Numbered from the whole stretch's first letter, positions 33,652-43,969 are shown. The stretch: DNA of 61,663 bases, filler included, from 9 parts of 9 records of this genome joined end to end with filler, not necessarily neighbours in it; one strand, 5' to 3'. Made by a program: numbers and translations. The notes: a model not told the origin generated them from the sequence alone.

Positions 33652-33924
33652 TCAAAGTCCTTTGGCCGAAAACATGATCACTTTGTCGCCGGCAAAATTG
33701 ACATTGATATATCGATCCTCATTGCCCCAGGTACAGTTTTTGATGCCCATGGCCCCACTGCAATCGTCGGCTTTGCCTAAAAGCGCGATCACTTCATCGT
33801 ATTGCATGCCCATTTCTATTTGGTCGTAATTTTTGGTGCTTACCTTGCTGCAACCGATTGCCAGCGCCAGGAAAACAACCATTACCCCGAAAAGCATGCC
33901 GTTAATGATCCTTTTCTTCATCAT
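33652..33924 (-). CDS. Small lipoprotein (DUF3862/BamE-BLIP-like fold)
   Basis: Lipobox AIGC and NYDQIEMGMQYDEVIALLG..CTWG. Confidence 0.72.
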   Translation of the reverse strand: MMKKRIINGMLFGVMVVFLALAIGCSKVSTKNYDQIEMGMQYDEVIALLGKADDCSGAMGIKNCTWGNEDRYINVNFAGDKVIMFSAKGL

Positions 33925-34288
33925 GTCGTTTCATTCTCTCCATTTTTTATCAACGGTAGCCGTTTTCAGGCTCGCTGCGACCCCTTCCACGGAATTAAAG
34001 GCGAATCACCCATGATCGCCGCCGCATCTTATTAACATGGAAACCAGAAAATTATAAATTGATGCTTATAGTGTAAGGACTTGGCGCCTTGCCCGACAAC
34101 GATAGCAGCGGCCAAAGGGACGACAAACTGTTACGCAATAGGCATGTTGCGAACCTTGTGACGCAGCTGAAAGTGTGATAGCAATTTTGCATTGATTAAT
34201 CCGTCATAGCGCATTGTTGAACAAAAGGGTGATAGTGGTTAAACGGGCCGCATCTGTACAATTGATATGATATCTGGATGTAAAAGCA

Positions 34289-34564
34289 ATGATTGACGAT
34301 ACACCATATATAATCGTAGACAACCACAAAATTCAGCCCATCAGTCGGTCGCCACGGCCGGGTTCGGTTGCGGGGAAAGGCGAGCAGAAGCAAGAGCGGA
34401 ACTTTGGTGTTGTCGATCGCGTCACCATCTCCACGGAAGGCCGGGAAAAATCCCTGCAGCAGGTCAACGAAGAGGATCGTCAACCTCTGATTGAAAACCG
34501 GCCCGAACGATTGACCCACGACAACCATCGCATGTTGACCTACTCGCCGAAAGGCCGGCGCTGA
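34289..34564 (+). CDS. Small hypothetical protein
   Basis: 91-aa ORF filling the intergenic gap, convergent on the methyltransferase, with motif DRVTISTEGRE. Confidence 0.55.
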   Translation: MIDDTPYIIVDNHKIQPISRSPRPGSVAGKGEQKQERNFGVVDRVTISTEGREKSLQQVNEEDRQPLIENRPERLTHDNHRMLTYSPKGRR

Positions 34565-34570
34565 CGCTTC

Positions 34571-35656
34571 TTACTTGCGGCAGAAGAAATGTAAGTTGAA
34601 AGGGTCATTTGGTATTTCAACAACCGAGACGTGGCCGAAACCCGCCTGGGCCAACATTTTTTCGGCCAGTTGGCGTCCCCACATCATTCCCAGTCCGGCA
34701 CCATTGTCCACCAACCCCACCGGCATGCAATGCATCAGGCTGACCGTGTATAAAAACGCTCCCATGGGATGATCCCGGTTGTCCTCGATGTCGGTTTCGG
34801 CGGCGATGTCGATCATGGAAAAGGTGCCGTCATCTTTCAATATTTCATGAATTCCCCGCAGTGCCTCCAGGGGGCGGGTTTGATCATGAATGGCGTCGAA
34901 GGCCGTGATGTAGTCGAACGTTGCGGACAGTTCACCGGGATGACGCAGCCCGGCAGCGTCCCGTGCTTCAAAGCAGACGTTCGCGAGCCCCTTCTGGCTG
35001 GCGTCGGCGCGGGCGGTTTCGAGCGCTTCGGCACTGATGTCGATGCCGGTGAAACGACTGTTGGGAAATGCCTCGGCCATCAGAATGGTGGCCACGCCCT
35101 GGGCGCATCCCAAGTCGCAAACGTTGATTCCCCGCTGCAGCGCCTGAACCAGGCGACCGTCATCCACCGATGGCAGAAAAACATCCACCAGAACCTGGCG
35201 ATGCTTGGCGTCACCCAATTCGGCCATGAAGTCATGAAAATCAGGATAGTTTTCGTAAGAGACGCCTTTGCCGTTTTGAAACCCCTGATAAACATGCGCC
35301 ATGGCACAATCCGTTAGCAGGGGGATCTCCTGGGTATAGACGCCCAGGTTGTTGGTGCCTGCCCGCCGGGTGAGCAGATCCCCATGTGCGTTGGGCAGCA
35401 AAAAGCGGGGCTGGTCGCCATCATTTCGGAGCAGGTCCACGATCCCGCCACAGACCATTACGCCCAGCCACTCTTTTACATAGCGGCGGTCGAGATTCGC
35501 ATCCCGGCAGATTTCATCCAGCGTGCAGGGCCTGCCGGCGGCATCCATGATATCGAACAAACCCAATCGGTATCCGAGCCCCATGGCCAGATTCAAGGAT
35601 CCATGGTTTAGAATATCCACCATCTTTTCGGAAAACGGCTTGTCATCGCCTGGCAT
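34571..35656 (-). CDS. Class I SAM-dependent methyltransferase with N-terminal winged helix (Rv2258c-like)
   Basis: GYRLGLFD..RYVKEWL, VCDLGCAQG, FTGIDIS, FDAIHD, YTVSLMHCM and GLGMMWG. Confidence 0.88.
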   Translation of the reverse strand: MPGDDKPFSEKMVDILNHGSLNLAMGLGYRLGLFDIMDAAGRPCTLDEICRDANLDRRYVKEWLGVMVCGGIVDLLRNDGDQPRFLLPNAHGDLLTRRAGTNNLGVYTQEIPLLTDCAMAHVYQGFQNGKGVSYENYPDFHDFMAELGDAKHRQVLVDVFLPSVDDGRLVQALQRGINVCDLGCAQGVATILMAEAFPNSRFTGIDISAEALETARADASQKGLANVCFEARDAAGLRHPGELSATFDYITAFDAIHDQTRPLEALRGIHEILKDDGTFSMIDIAAETDIEDNRDHPMGAFLYTVSLMHCMPVGLVDNGAGLGMMWGRQLAEKMLAQAGFGHVSVVEIPNDPFNLHFFCRK

Positions 35657-35883
35657 GGTTAGTCCCCCTAAAAACGTTTCATTTTTCTTGATTTCGTATC
35701 CGGTTGGCTTGAAGATGGTTTCGTAAGAAATCCGAGATCAAGGCTTTCGCATCCTTGAGGCGCGAGGCAGACAATTCGTAACCNNNNNNNNNNNNNNNNN
35801 NNNNNNNNNNNNNNNNNNNNNNNNNNNTTAATTAATTAANNNNNNNNNNNNNNNNNNNNNNNNNNNNNNNNNNNNNNNNNNNN

Positions 35884-37408
35884 CCCCTTCGGGCATCCCG
35901 GGGTAGTGGACCAGGTCAAAGAACCTGGCCCCTGCAAATTCCCTGGCCTTTTCCACCATGGCGGCCGATGGTTTGGTTTTCAACACCACAAGGGTGAGGG
36001 TCTGGAGGGAACGGATGGCCATGAGGTGGTCCTGGGGCCGCTGGATCCCCATCTCTTTCAGGGCCGTGACCACGGTGTTGAACAGCTTGAGATTGTCCCG
36101 GGCCGGTGTCACCACCCATCGGGTAAAGGCCAGGATCCCCTTTTCCGTGAGCCGGTTCATATAATCCTTTATGGCCTCTGTGGTGTATAAATAGGTTTCA
36201 TGGAGCCCGTATACCCCTGATGCCGCCGCATTATAGGCATCCATGAGGGAGAGTTCAATGAGATCATATTCTTCCCTGGTCTGCCGGATAAAATGCCTGG
36301 CCTCGCCATGGTAAACCCGCACCCGGTTATGCCGGAATATCTCTCCTGAAAATGGGGCCAGTGCCCCGGTCATGAGATCTATGACATTGGGGTTCGCCTC
36401 AAGGGCATCCACCCGGTCAAAACCGGCCAGAAGGGATTTGTGAATAGAGGCACCGCCCCCGGCGCCCAGGATGAGGGCGCGGCCCGGTCGGGCCAGGTGA
36501 AAGGGAAGATAGTCCGTGAGAAACCTGAGGTATTCTGCGCTGCCTGTACCTGGGGGGAGGATGGGGGAGGGGCCCTCCCCGTTAAAGAAGATCAGCTTCT
36601 GGACCGGCACCTGGAAGGGGGAGGCAAGGCTTAAGCCCCCTGTGGCCCTCAGCCCCCGGGCCTGAACCACCTGGACCACGCCCATGGGTGAATAGGCTTC
36701 ATGGTCCACCCGGGCCCCGGGCAGGGCCAGGGCCCCTGAAACGGGCTTGTAGACGGAGACCTGTTTCAGGTCCAGACAGGTTGAGGAGAGGATAAGGACG
36801 GCCGGGGTGAGGATCAGGCAGAGGACGGCACAGACTTTTTTTACCCTACCGCCGCCATGGGCCAGAAGGCCCGGGGGAACCAGGGCGATAATGATAATCC
36901 CTGTCATGATATCGTAGGGGTGAAAGAAAAAAGAAGCCCAGAGCACAAAAACAACCCCTGTGGCCGCGCCCATGAGGTTGGCAAAATAAGTCCGGGCGAT
37001 CCGGTACCGCATCAATGCCATGCAGATGAGGGCGGCGCCCGGGAAAAATCCCATGCCCATGAGGCCGAAATAGACCAGGATAAGGAAGGCCTGGCTGAAA
37101 CTGAAGGTCATTTCATAGGGGTTGATGTCCAGAAGGGCCGACACCACAAACCCCAGGCAGAGGGAGACCGGAAATAAAAGGGCGGCCCCGAACATATACC
37201 GGGGCAGGACGGGCTTGATTTTTTGGACCATGGCGATGACCGCCCCGGAGGCACCGAAACCCAGGAGGGCCACGGTAATGATCAGGGCGGACATATTGTG
37301 CCATTGGGCATAGGCAAATACCCGGGTAAAATTGATTTCATAGGCCAGGATGGAAAAAGAGGTGAAAAAGACAAGGAGATCGGCACTGCCGGGGGAGGGC
37401 GGCTTCAC
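35884..37408 (-). CDS. Membrane-bound spermidine-synthase-like (multi-TM + SAM-binding fold) protein, 3' truncated
   Basis: About seven TM helices (LAYEINFTR..ALLGFGASG..YFANLMGAA), then LILGAGGG, ALEANP, GEARHFI, YDLI and E.YLYTTEA. Likely GTG start at 37408, next to the pcm stop. Confidence 0.82.
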
Positions 37409-37409
37409 T

Positions 37410-38120
37410 TTAATCTTTACCCCTGACCAGGGGGACAAAACGGACCGATCCGATGATGGTGGTGGAAAGCGCCCCGTCCCCTCCCTTTTTGATGAGCACC
37501 AGGTGCTGTACCTTGAAAGGGGGCCCCACAGGAATACAGATCCGCCCCCCGGGCTTGAGCTGCAGAATGAGAGGCGGGGGAACAAATTCAGAGGCACAGG
37601 TAACGATAATGGCGTCGTAAGGGCCGTGTTCCTTCCATCCGTGGTAGCCGTCCCTGTGGGCGGTGGAGACATTTTCATACCCAAGGCGCTTTAAGACCCC
37701 GGCGGCACGGCGGTGGAGGGGCTTTACAATTTCAACGGAATAGACTTTCTTAACGATACGGGCCAGAACCGCGGCCTGGTATCCCGATCCGGTTCCCACT
37801 TCCAGGACCCTGGCACTGGCATCCACATTGAGCAGTTCGGTCATCAGGGCCACAATATAGGGCTGGGAAATGGTCTGGCCGAAACCGATGGGCAGTGGCC
37901 TGTCCCTATAGGCCGCCCATTTCATTTTATCGGGCACGAATTCGTGCCTGGGGACGGCTTCCATGGCCCCAAGCACTTTTTTATTCCGGATGCCCCGGGC
38001 CTGGATCTGCTTTTGCACCATCTCCTTGCGCAGCCGTGCATCATCTGTTTTGCCCCGGCCCGGGCCGGGGGCAATGAAACAAAGGCCTATCAAGAGGCAG
38101 ATAAGGGGTAAAGGCTTCAT
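37410..38120 (-). CDS. pcm: Protein-L-isoaspartate O-methyltransferase with N-terminal signal-like peptide
   Basis: VPRHEFVP, AYRDRPLPIGFGQTISQPYIVA, VLEVGTGSGYQAA, PYDAIIVT, QLKPGGR and VRFVPL. Confidence 0.92.
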   Translation of the reverse strand: MKPLPLICLLIGLCFIAPGPGRGKTDDARLRKEMVQKQIQARGIRNKKVLGAMEAVPRHEFVPDKMKWAAYRDRPLPIGFGQTISQPYIVALMTELLNVDASARVLEVGTGSGYQAAVLARIVKKVYSVEIVKPLHRRAAGVLKRLGYENVSTAHRDGYHGWKEHGPYDAIIVTCASEFVPPPLILQLKPGGRICIPVGPPFKVQHLVLIKKGGDGALSTTIIGSVRFVPLVRGKD

Positions 38121-38355
38121 TGAAAGGTCCGTGTACGGGCGTGTCAGGCACACGCGTTCAGGGTTGCCCTATTATAACACGGGCCCGGGTTTCTGCCATC
38201 CTGTTTTGAAAATTTGTGATGGGGGCATGGAATCCCGGCCGGGAACGGATATGGGGTATCTGTTCCCGGCGGGATTATGTTTCAGGTTGTTAATATAGTT
38301 TTTGACGAAATTTGATTTTTGATCCCAAGGATTAAAACCCTTCCATTTATAAAAT

Positions 38356-39467
38356 TTAGATTCTGCTCATGCGCCGCCGGTACATGCCGGTCAGGCCCAA
38401 CAAGCCCGATGCCAGCATTAAAAAGGCCCCGGGTACCGGTACCGGATCGGGCACCAAAAGAAAGCTGGCAGGATTATTATTATATTCGCCTTTACCGAAG
38501 ATCATCCCGGTATCGCTGATGCCGAAGGCCTTTTCAAGGGCCCATCCGCTGTCTGAGGGAATCAGATCGTTAAGGTCGGCCATGGTCCCTTTTTCCCACA
38601 GGAAGGCACAGGGATGATCCCAGTTTTCAATGGCATAGGAAGACCCCACGGCCTGACCGAGATTGTTGATGTCCGCAGCCCAGCTTCGATCATGTCCTGA
38701 AAGCGCGCCCAGGCTGGTCATGACGCCGCGGTCCCACAAGAATGCAAGCTCATTGCCGTCGGCAGTCTCGGCCTGTCCGACGATCTGACCGGCATCGTTA
38801 ATGCCCTCGGCAGCGCTCCATTGACCGCCCATGGTCCCCAGGGGCTGCATCCCGTTGACCGCATCCCAGACAAAGGCCTGGTTCCCGGACCCAATGGTCT
38901 GGCTGTATCCGGCAACGACATCCGTATTGTTGACGGCCCGGGCCCTGGAAAGGCTCCGGTCTCCGTCATCGCCCAGGAACCCCAGATCCGTCATGGTCTG
39001 ACCATCGTAGAAAAAGGCCCGCAGCTTGTTATCGCTGTCCCGTGACTCGCCTGCGATATGGCCGCTCTCATTGATGGCCCATCCCCGGCTGTAGGTGCTG
39101 CCCAGGGTGCCAATACCCGTCATGGTACTGCCGTCCCAGAAAAAGGCTTCGTCCGGCCCCTTCTCACCCTGGAATACCCGGTGGCCTGACCCAGGTTATT
39201 GATATCTGCACCGTAGGAACTGGCACGGTATCCGCCCAGGGTTCCCAGGCCGGTGAGGGGTGTGTCGGCGCCGGCGATCACCGCCTGCCTGACCTGGTCA
39301 ATGGAATACCATCCGACCACCTGGCCCTTGTCATTCACACCGCCGTTTTCGTCGCCGAGATAGCCGCCGAGGTGGTAGACCCTGTAGGATGAGCATAGCC
39401 CGGGAACGGCGGTGAACAGGAGGGCGGCCAGGCAGAGGATAAGCCGTGTTTTTTTTAGTATTTTCAT
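38356..39467 (-). CDS. HAF-repeat extracellular protein with PEP-CTERM-like (VPxP) sorting signal, frameshift near 39160-39175
   Basis: Signal peptide, repeats LGTLGG..S.A..IN..GQ.VG..AF.WD..M, and C-terminus PVPVPGAFLMLASGLLGLTGMYRRR. Confidence 0.85.
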
Positions 39468-40417
39468 TTTCTTCTCACTCCTGCCATGCCCAGCAGGCCG
39501 CAGGCGAGCAATAGAAACGCCGATGGAATTGGGGTCGGGGCTGCCTGGTTGATCACGCCCAGGGCTTCAAAATCCATCCCCCCGGACCCAAAGGTCACCC
39601 AGGCGTCGTAAATGGGATTGTTGTATGAATCATGGAAAGAACCGTCACCTGGGATATCCACGATGCGGACATAGTTGATTTCATTGAGGTCCACCAGGCC
39701 GGTCAGCACATAATAATGCATGGCCAGGTCATCCAGGTCAAAGGGGGTGCCGTAGCTGCTTCCGTATGCATTGGCATGTTTTCCTGCCAGGTTGTAGATG
39801 TTGCTGACATCCTGGGTCAAGTATCCCTGGCTTGCGGGCCCGCCGTCCAGGTAGTTAAAGTACTGGGAGGGGAACCTGGCAAAATGGGTGCCGTTGGTGG
39901 AGACTTCCACATACCCGAGTTCGGCAAACATCATGCCGGCAGCAGAACCGCCCCCGGTGCTGTAATTGGAGATAAAGCCGTTTTCAAAGGTGGCGAAGTC
40001 CGCCCCCTCCCCATTGACGATGGCATGGTCAAACCCCAGGGTCAGGCTGGCCGGACCATACCCGGTCCCGGCCTTATAGTTTGAAATTTCATCGCTGTCC
40101 ATATCCCCGAGAGAGACAATGTCCATGTTGCTGCCGGTTACCGGGCCAAGGGCCAGGGAGGGGTCTGCAAACTCGGGCCCGATGCCGTTCGGGTCGTAAC
40201 AGGTCGTCTCATCCGATGGGGTGTAATCCACCACCTGTGTGGCCCATCCCTGGAAGATCGGGTTTACCTGTCCGCCTGAAAAACCGGGGATGCCGGCATC
40301 AATGAATCCTGCTTCATTAATACCGCCTTTCCCTGGTGAGAATGGCCCGGCCAGGGCATGGGAGGCCAGCATTAAACAGAATACGCAGACAACTGCCTGT
40401 ATGGCTGATTTTTTCAT
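39464..40417 (-). CDS. PEP-CTERM-like surface protein (paralog 2)
   Basis: Signal peptide, core SLGD..LGFDHAIVNGEGADFATFENGF..FAELGYVEVSTNG..FARF, and C-terminus PTPIPSAFLLLACGLLGMAGVRRK. RBS AGGAGG. Confidence 0.85.
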   Translation of the reverse strand: MKKSAIQAVVCVFCLMLASHALAGPFSPGKGGINEAGFIDAGIPGFSGGQVNPIFQGWATQVVDYTPSDETTCYDPNGIGPEFADPSLALGPVTGSNMDIVSLGDMDSDEISNYKAGTGYGPASLTLGFDHAIVNGEGADFATFENGFISNYSTGGGSAAGMMFAELGYVEVSTNGTHFARFPSQYFNYLDGGPASQGYLTQDVSNIYNLAGKHANAYGSSYGTPFDLDDLAMHYYVLTGLVDLNEINYVRIVDIPGDGSFHDSYNNPIYDAWVTFGSGGMDFEALGVINQAAPTPIPSAFLLLACGLLGMAGVRRK

Positions 40418-40430
40418 TTTAATCACCCTC

Positions 40431-41279
40431 CTATGATTTGTTCGTCAGTGTTCTGTTTTTCCGTATCATGCCTGCAAAACCAATCAAGCCGGCGGCAAGG
40501 ATGGAAAATGATCCGGGAACCGGTACCGCAGTATTCAATACGGCCACGCCCTCTGTCAGCCGGAAGTCATACCCGCCGGAACCCCGGGTGGGATGGGCGT
40601 CCAGGATGGGGTTGCCCAGGGAATCCAGGAAATCCCCGGTCCCGGGAATATCGACCAGGCGGACAAACTGGATATTGGACAGATCCAGGAGGCCGGACTG
40701 AACCAGGGGATCAGCGGTCAGTTCTTCAAGGTCAAAAGGCGTGCCCCAGCCCCCCTGGTGTTTCCCGGCCAGGTTGTAAACATTGGAGGTATCCCATCCG
40801 GAGAAACCGCCGGAACCGGCAACCGGAGCGGTGTTGGTGGAGATGGCATCGAACCTGGCAAAATCGGCACCATTGGTGGAGACTTCCACAAAGGCCAGTT
40901 CCATGAACAGGCCGTTGGGAGAACCGTATGCAAATCCGTTCTCAAATACGGCAAAGTCGGCACCTGTACCATTGCCGATGCCGGTATCAAATCCCAGAAC
41001 AATGGAGCCGGGAAGCACCCCGGCGTCAATCTGATCGGAACTCAGATCCCCCAGACTGCCGAAACCGGTTTCAGGGTTCTGGTAGGAGGCACCGACGCCC
41101 GGGGCCGGGCTGTAATCAATCACGGCATTGGCCCATTCTATGATGGCGGCATTGGTCTTGGAAATGGGGGCATCATAGGGATTGGCCGGATCATTGGAAG
41201 GCGCGGAATAGATACCGGCATCAGCGGGACCGGTCATCAGAACAGCAATTAACAATAGAGGCAGGAATACCTTTTTCAT
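40431..41279 (-). CDS. PEP-CTERM-like surface protein (paralog 1)
   Basis: Signal peptide, same core SLGD..LGFDTGIGNGTGADFAVFENGF..FMELAFVEVSTNG..FARF, and C-terminus AVPVPGSFSILAAGLIGFAGMIRKNR. Confidence 0.85.
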   Translation of the reverse strand: MKKVFLPLLLIAVLMTGPADAGIYSAPSNDPANPYDAPISKTNAAIIEWANAVIDYSPAPGVGASYQNPETGFGSLGDLSSDQIDAGVLPGSIVLGFDTGIGNGTGADFAVFENGFAYGSPNGLFMELAFVEVSTNGADFARFDAISTNTAPVAGSGGFSGWDTSNVYNLAGKHQGGWGTPFDLEELTADPLVQSGLLDLSNIQFVRLVDIPGTGDFLDSLGNPILDAHPTRGSGGYDFRLTEGVAVLNTAVPVPGSFSILAAGLIGFAGMIRKNRTLTNKS

Positions 41280-41321
41280 TTTGTTTCTCCTTTAAGTGAA
41301 TTGAACACAAGTGGTATTTTT

Positions 41322-41424
41322 GAAGTCTGGCGGCCCGGCTGTCTGGCTCCAGGATGGGAGAGGCGTGAGGCAGACCCGTGGTTTTCCGGCCCCGCTTTTC
41401 AGCAGGTGTGGCTTTTTCAGAATC
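41322..41424 (-). ncRNA. Cyclic di-GMP-I (GEMM-I) riboswitch
   Basis: Minus strand: TCTG-AAAAAGCCACA-CCTGCT-GAAA-AGCGGG-GCCGGAAAA-CCACGGGTCTG...CAGACAGCCGGGCCGC-CAGA. It shows P1 TCTG/CAGA, P2 with a GAAA tetraloop, the CGG-AAA junction and P3 ending GACAGCCGGG..GCC. It lies about 45 nt upstream of ATG 41279. Confidence 0.85.
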
Positions 41425-41726
41425 AGCACCACCATACCCTGGGTTTATATTTTTTTCTTGTACTTATTTGCTGAATTTACAGACTTTTTTGCGAAAATTA
41501 ATTTTTATTTTCACATGCGAGGCGGGCTGATAATGATTGATTCAAGAATTTTTATCCCTGCACGTTATCCCTTAATCAGCATGGAACTGGGCGTGCTGGA
41601 AATCGGCCTTGGAACTGGTCGCAAAAAAAGCTTGCCCGGTGGGGAATGGATCGCGAATTATCCCGGGATCCTATTATTATCCAGAGAACAGGTTAAACCG
41701 GGGACACTGGCTTGTCCGGGAACGCC

Positions 41727-42227
41727 TTATGGTTTAAGCTGTTTGGACATGCTGACAGAGGCCATTTGTTTTCCGGCGGGCAGGGTGAAAAATCCTTCCG
41801 AGATGGCGGTGTAGCCGTAGCGTTCATAAAAGGGCCTGGCATTGAGTGATGCGTCCAGATCAAGGGTGGTGCACCCCTTCCTGGAGGCGATGGCTTCGAG
41901 TTCATCCAGCAGGGCCGCCCCGACATGCCGCCCGGTAAAGGCCGCCCTGACGTAAATGGCACCGATGCGTCCCTGGTCGGGATCCAGGATGCCAAACCCC
42001 ACAGGGGTGATGTCAGCATACGCCAGCAGGGCGTCCGGCCGGGTTTCCGCCATCCTGGTTTGAAATTCCATGATTCGCGTATTGGAAACGGGCGGGGACC
42101 AGAGATCAAGGATTTCCCTGGGATAAAAATCAGTTGCATTCCCTTTTTGAACGGCATCAAAATGGATATTGACAATCAGATCCGCTGATTCTGAACCGGC
42201 CGGCTTTAATACCATTTTTTCCCTCAT
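41727..42227 (-). CDS. GNAT family N-acetyltransferase (YafP-like)
   Basis: IGAIYVRAAFTGRHVGAALL and LDASLNARPFYERYGY. RBS GAGG before ATG 42227. Confidence 0.85.
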   Translation of the reverse strand: MREKMVLKPAGSESADLIVNIHFDAVQKGNATDFYPREILDLWSPPVSNTRIMEFQTRMAETRPDALLAYADITPVGFGILDPDQGRIGAIYVRAAFTGRHVGAALLDELEAIASRKGCTTLDLDASLNARPFYERYGYTAISEGFFTLPAGKQMASVSMSKQLKP

Positions 42228-42480
42228 CCTCTGATCCCTCCTCGGCCTTATGCAAAGGCAAATTATTGGGGTAAAGCCCCATGGGCAAAGCCCGAAGCCT
42301 TTCACCGTTAGCACAGTGCCTGGCAATTGTCCAGCCCCTTGAAGGCAAACCAAAATCTTAGAATTTCGGGAGAACCCCATTGATTTTTAAATGATACAGG
42401 CGCATAACCTTTTTGAAAAGAAGGACGGGATAGGGAAAATAATCCCCAAAGGTTGGGGTAAACAAGGACGAAAATAGAAT

Positions 42481-42912
42481 ATGTATGAGGAAAGCGTTGA
42501 TACCATCATCATAGGAGGTGGGCTCAGCGGGCTCTATGCGGCCGCTTTGCTTGGAGAAAAAAACAATCCTTTGTTTTGCTTGAAGCCCGGTCCCGTGTGG
42601 GGGGGCGAATTTCAAGTCCGGAGCATAACGGATTTTTTGCCGACCTGGGCCCCTCCTGGTATTGGCCCATGATCAATCCCAAAATGGAGGCATTGATCCA
42701 GGCACTCGGCCTGAAAGGATACCCCCAGTTTGAAACGGGCCTGGGCCGGTTCCAGGCCAAGGACGGCCATGCTGAAACCATTGAGGGATACCCGATGGAT
42801 CCGCCCGGATGGCGGCTGTCCGGTGGTATGATCTCCCTTGTCAAAGGGCTTTGCGCCCGATTCCCAAAGGGGTGATCCGGCCGAACCATCCGGTCTGTGA
42901 AATCCAGCGGCT
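42481..42912 (+). CDS. Flavin monoamine-oxidase-family FAD oxidoreductase, N-terminal part (frameshifted, truncated)
   Basis: IIIGGGLSGLYAA, LEARSRVGGRI, DLGPSWYWP and RLSGGM. Confidence 0.82.
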
Positions 42913-43012
42913 NNNNNNNNNNNNNNNNNNNNNNNNNNNNNNNNNNNNNNNNNNNNTTAATTAATTAANNNNNNNNNNNNNNNNNNNNNNNNNNNNNNNN
43001 NNNNNNNNNNNN

Positions 43013-43969
43013 AAACGGACTGTCGTTGACAGAAAAGGTCATTTCGATGGTCGGCGCGGATATTTTGACAAAGGGGAGGGGCTCAATATTGGCCGGCTCA
43101 CAAACGGTGTCGCCGATGGTGATGTCGGCGATGCCGGACAGCGCGATAATGTTGCCGGCTTCCGACTGGGTGACCGGTACGCGTGTGAGGCCTTCAAATT
43201 CATAGATGTTGACGGCTTTGGCTTTTTTAACGGGCTTGTCCCCGTGGTAATCGCATACGGCGATTTCCTGGTTCTGGCGGATGACGCCGCGCTCAATGCG
43301 CCCGATGGCGATACGCCCGACGTATTCGTTGTAGTCAACAGAGGACACGAGCATTTGCAGCGGCGCGTTCTCATCCGTATCGGGGGCGGGAATGTAGTCG
43401 AGAATCGTCTCAAACAGCGGCTTTAAATCTGTGCCCGGCTGCTCGGGAGAATATGAGGCCACGCCCTGCCGAGCCGAGCAGAAAAGCATCGGCGAATCCA
43501 GCTGCTCGACGGTGGCGTCCAGGTCCAACAGCAGCTCGAGAATCTCGTCGACAACCTCGGTGATCCGCGCGTCGGGCCGGTCAATCTTGTTGATGACGAC
43601 GATGACGCGGTGGCCGAGCTCCAAGGCGCGGGAGAGGACAAACCGCGTCTGCGGCATCGGGCCCTCGGCTGCGTCCACGAGCAGGATAACGCCGTTGACC
43701 ATTTTTAAAATGCGCTCCACCTCGCCGCCGAAGTCGGCATGGCCTGGGGTGTCGACGATGTTGATCTTTGTGTCGCCGAACAAAACGGCGGTGTTTTTTG
43801 CCAGGATCGTGATGCCGCGCTCGCGCTCCAGGTCGCCTGAGTCCATCACGCGCTCCATGACGGCCTGATTTTCGCGGAACACGCCGGATTGCTTGAGCAT
43901 TTCGTCCACCAGTGTTGTTTTGCCGTGGTCGACGTGGGCGATAATCGCCACATTTCTGATTTTTTTCAT
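43013..43969 (-). CDS. typA: Translational GTPase TypA/BipA, 3' truncated
   Basis: IRNVAIIAHVDHGKTTLVD, ERERGITILAKN, DTPGHADFGGEVER and NKID. Confidence 0.96.

Noticed and set aside
41311..41814. 167-aa plus-strand ORF
   Set aside because: It runs antisense across the riboswitch and AT-rich promoter region and overlaps the GNAT end; no protein-like motifs.
42250..42325. Second GEMM-like sequence (GGCAAA..GGGGTAAAGCCCC..GCAAAGCC) on the plus strand
   Set aside because: It lacks the conserved C in the GACGCAAA junction, a GNRA tetraloop and a convincing P3/P1. More likely hairpins in the GNAT gene leader; cmsearch would settle it.
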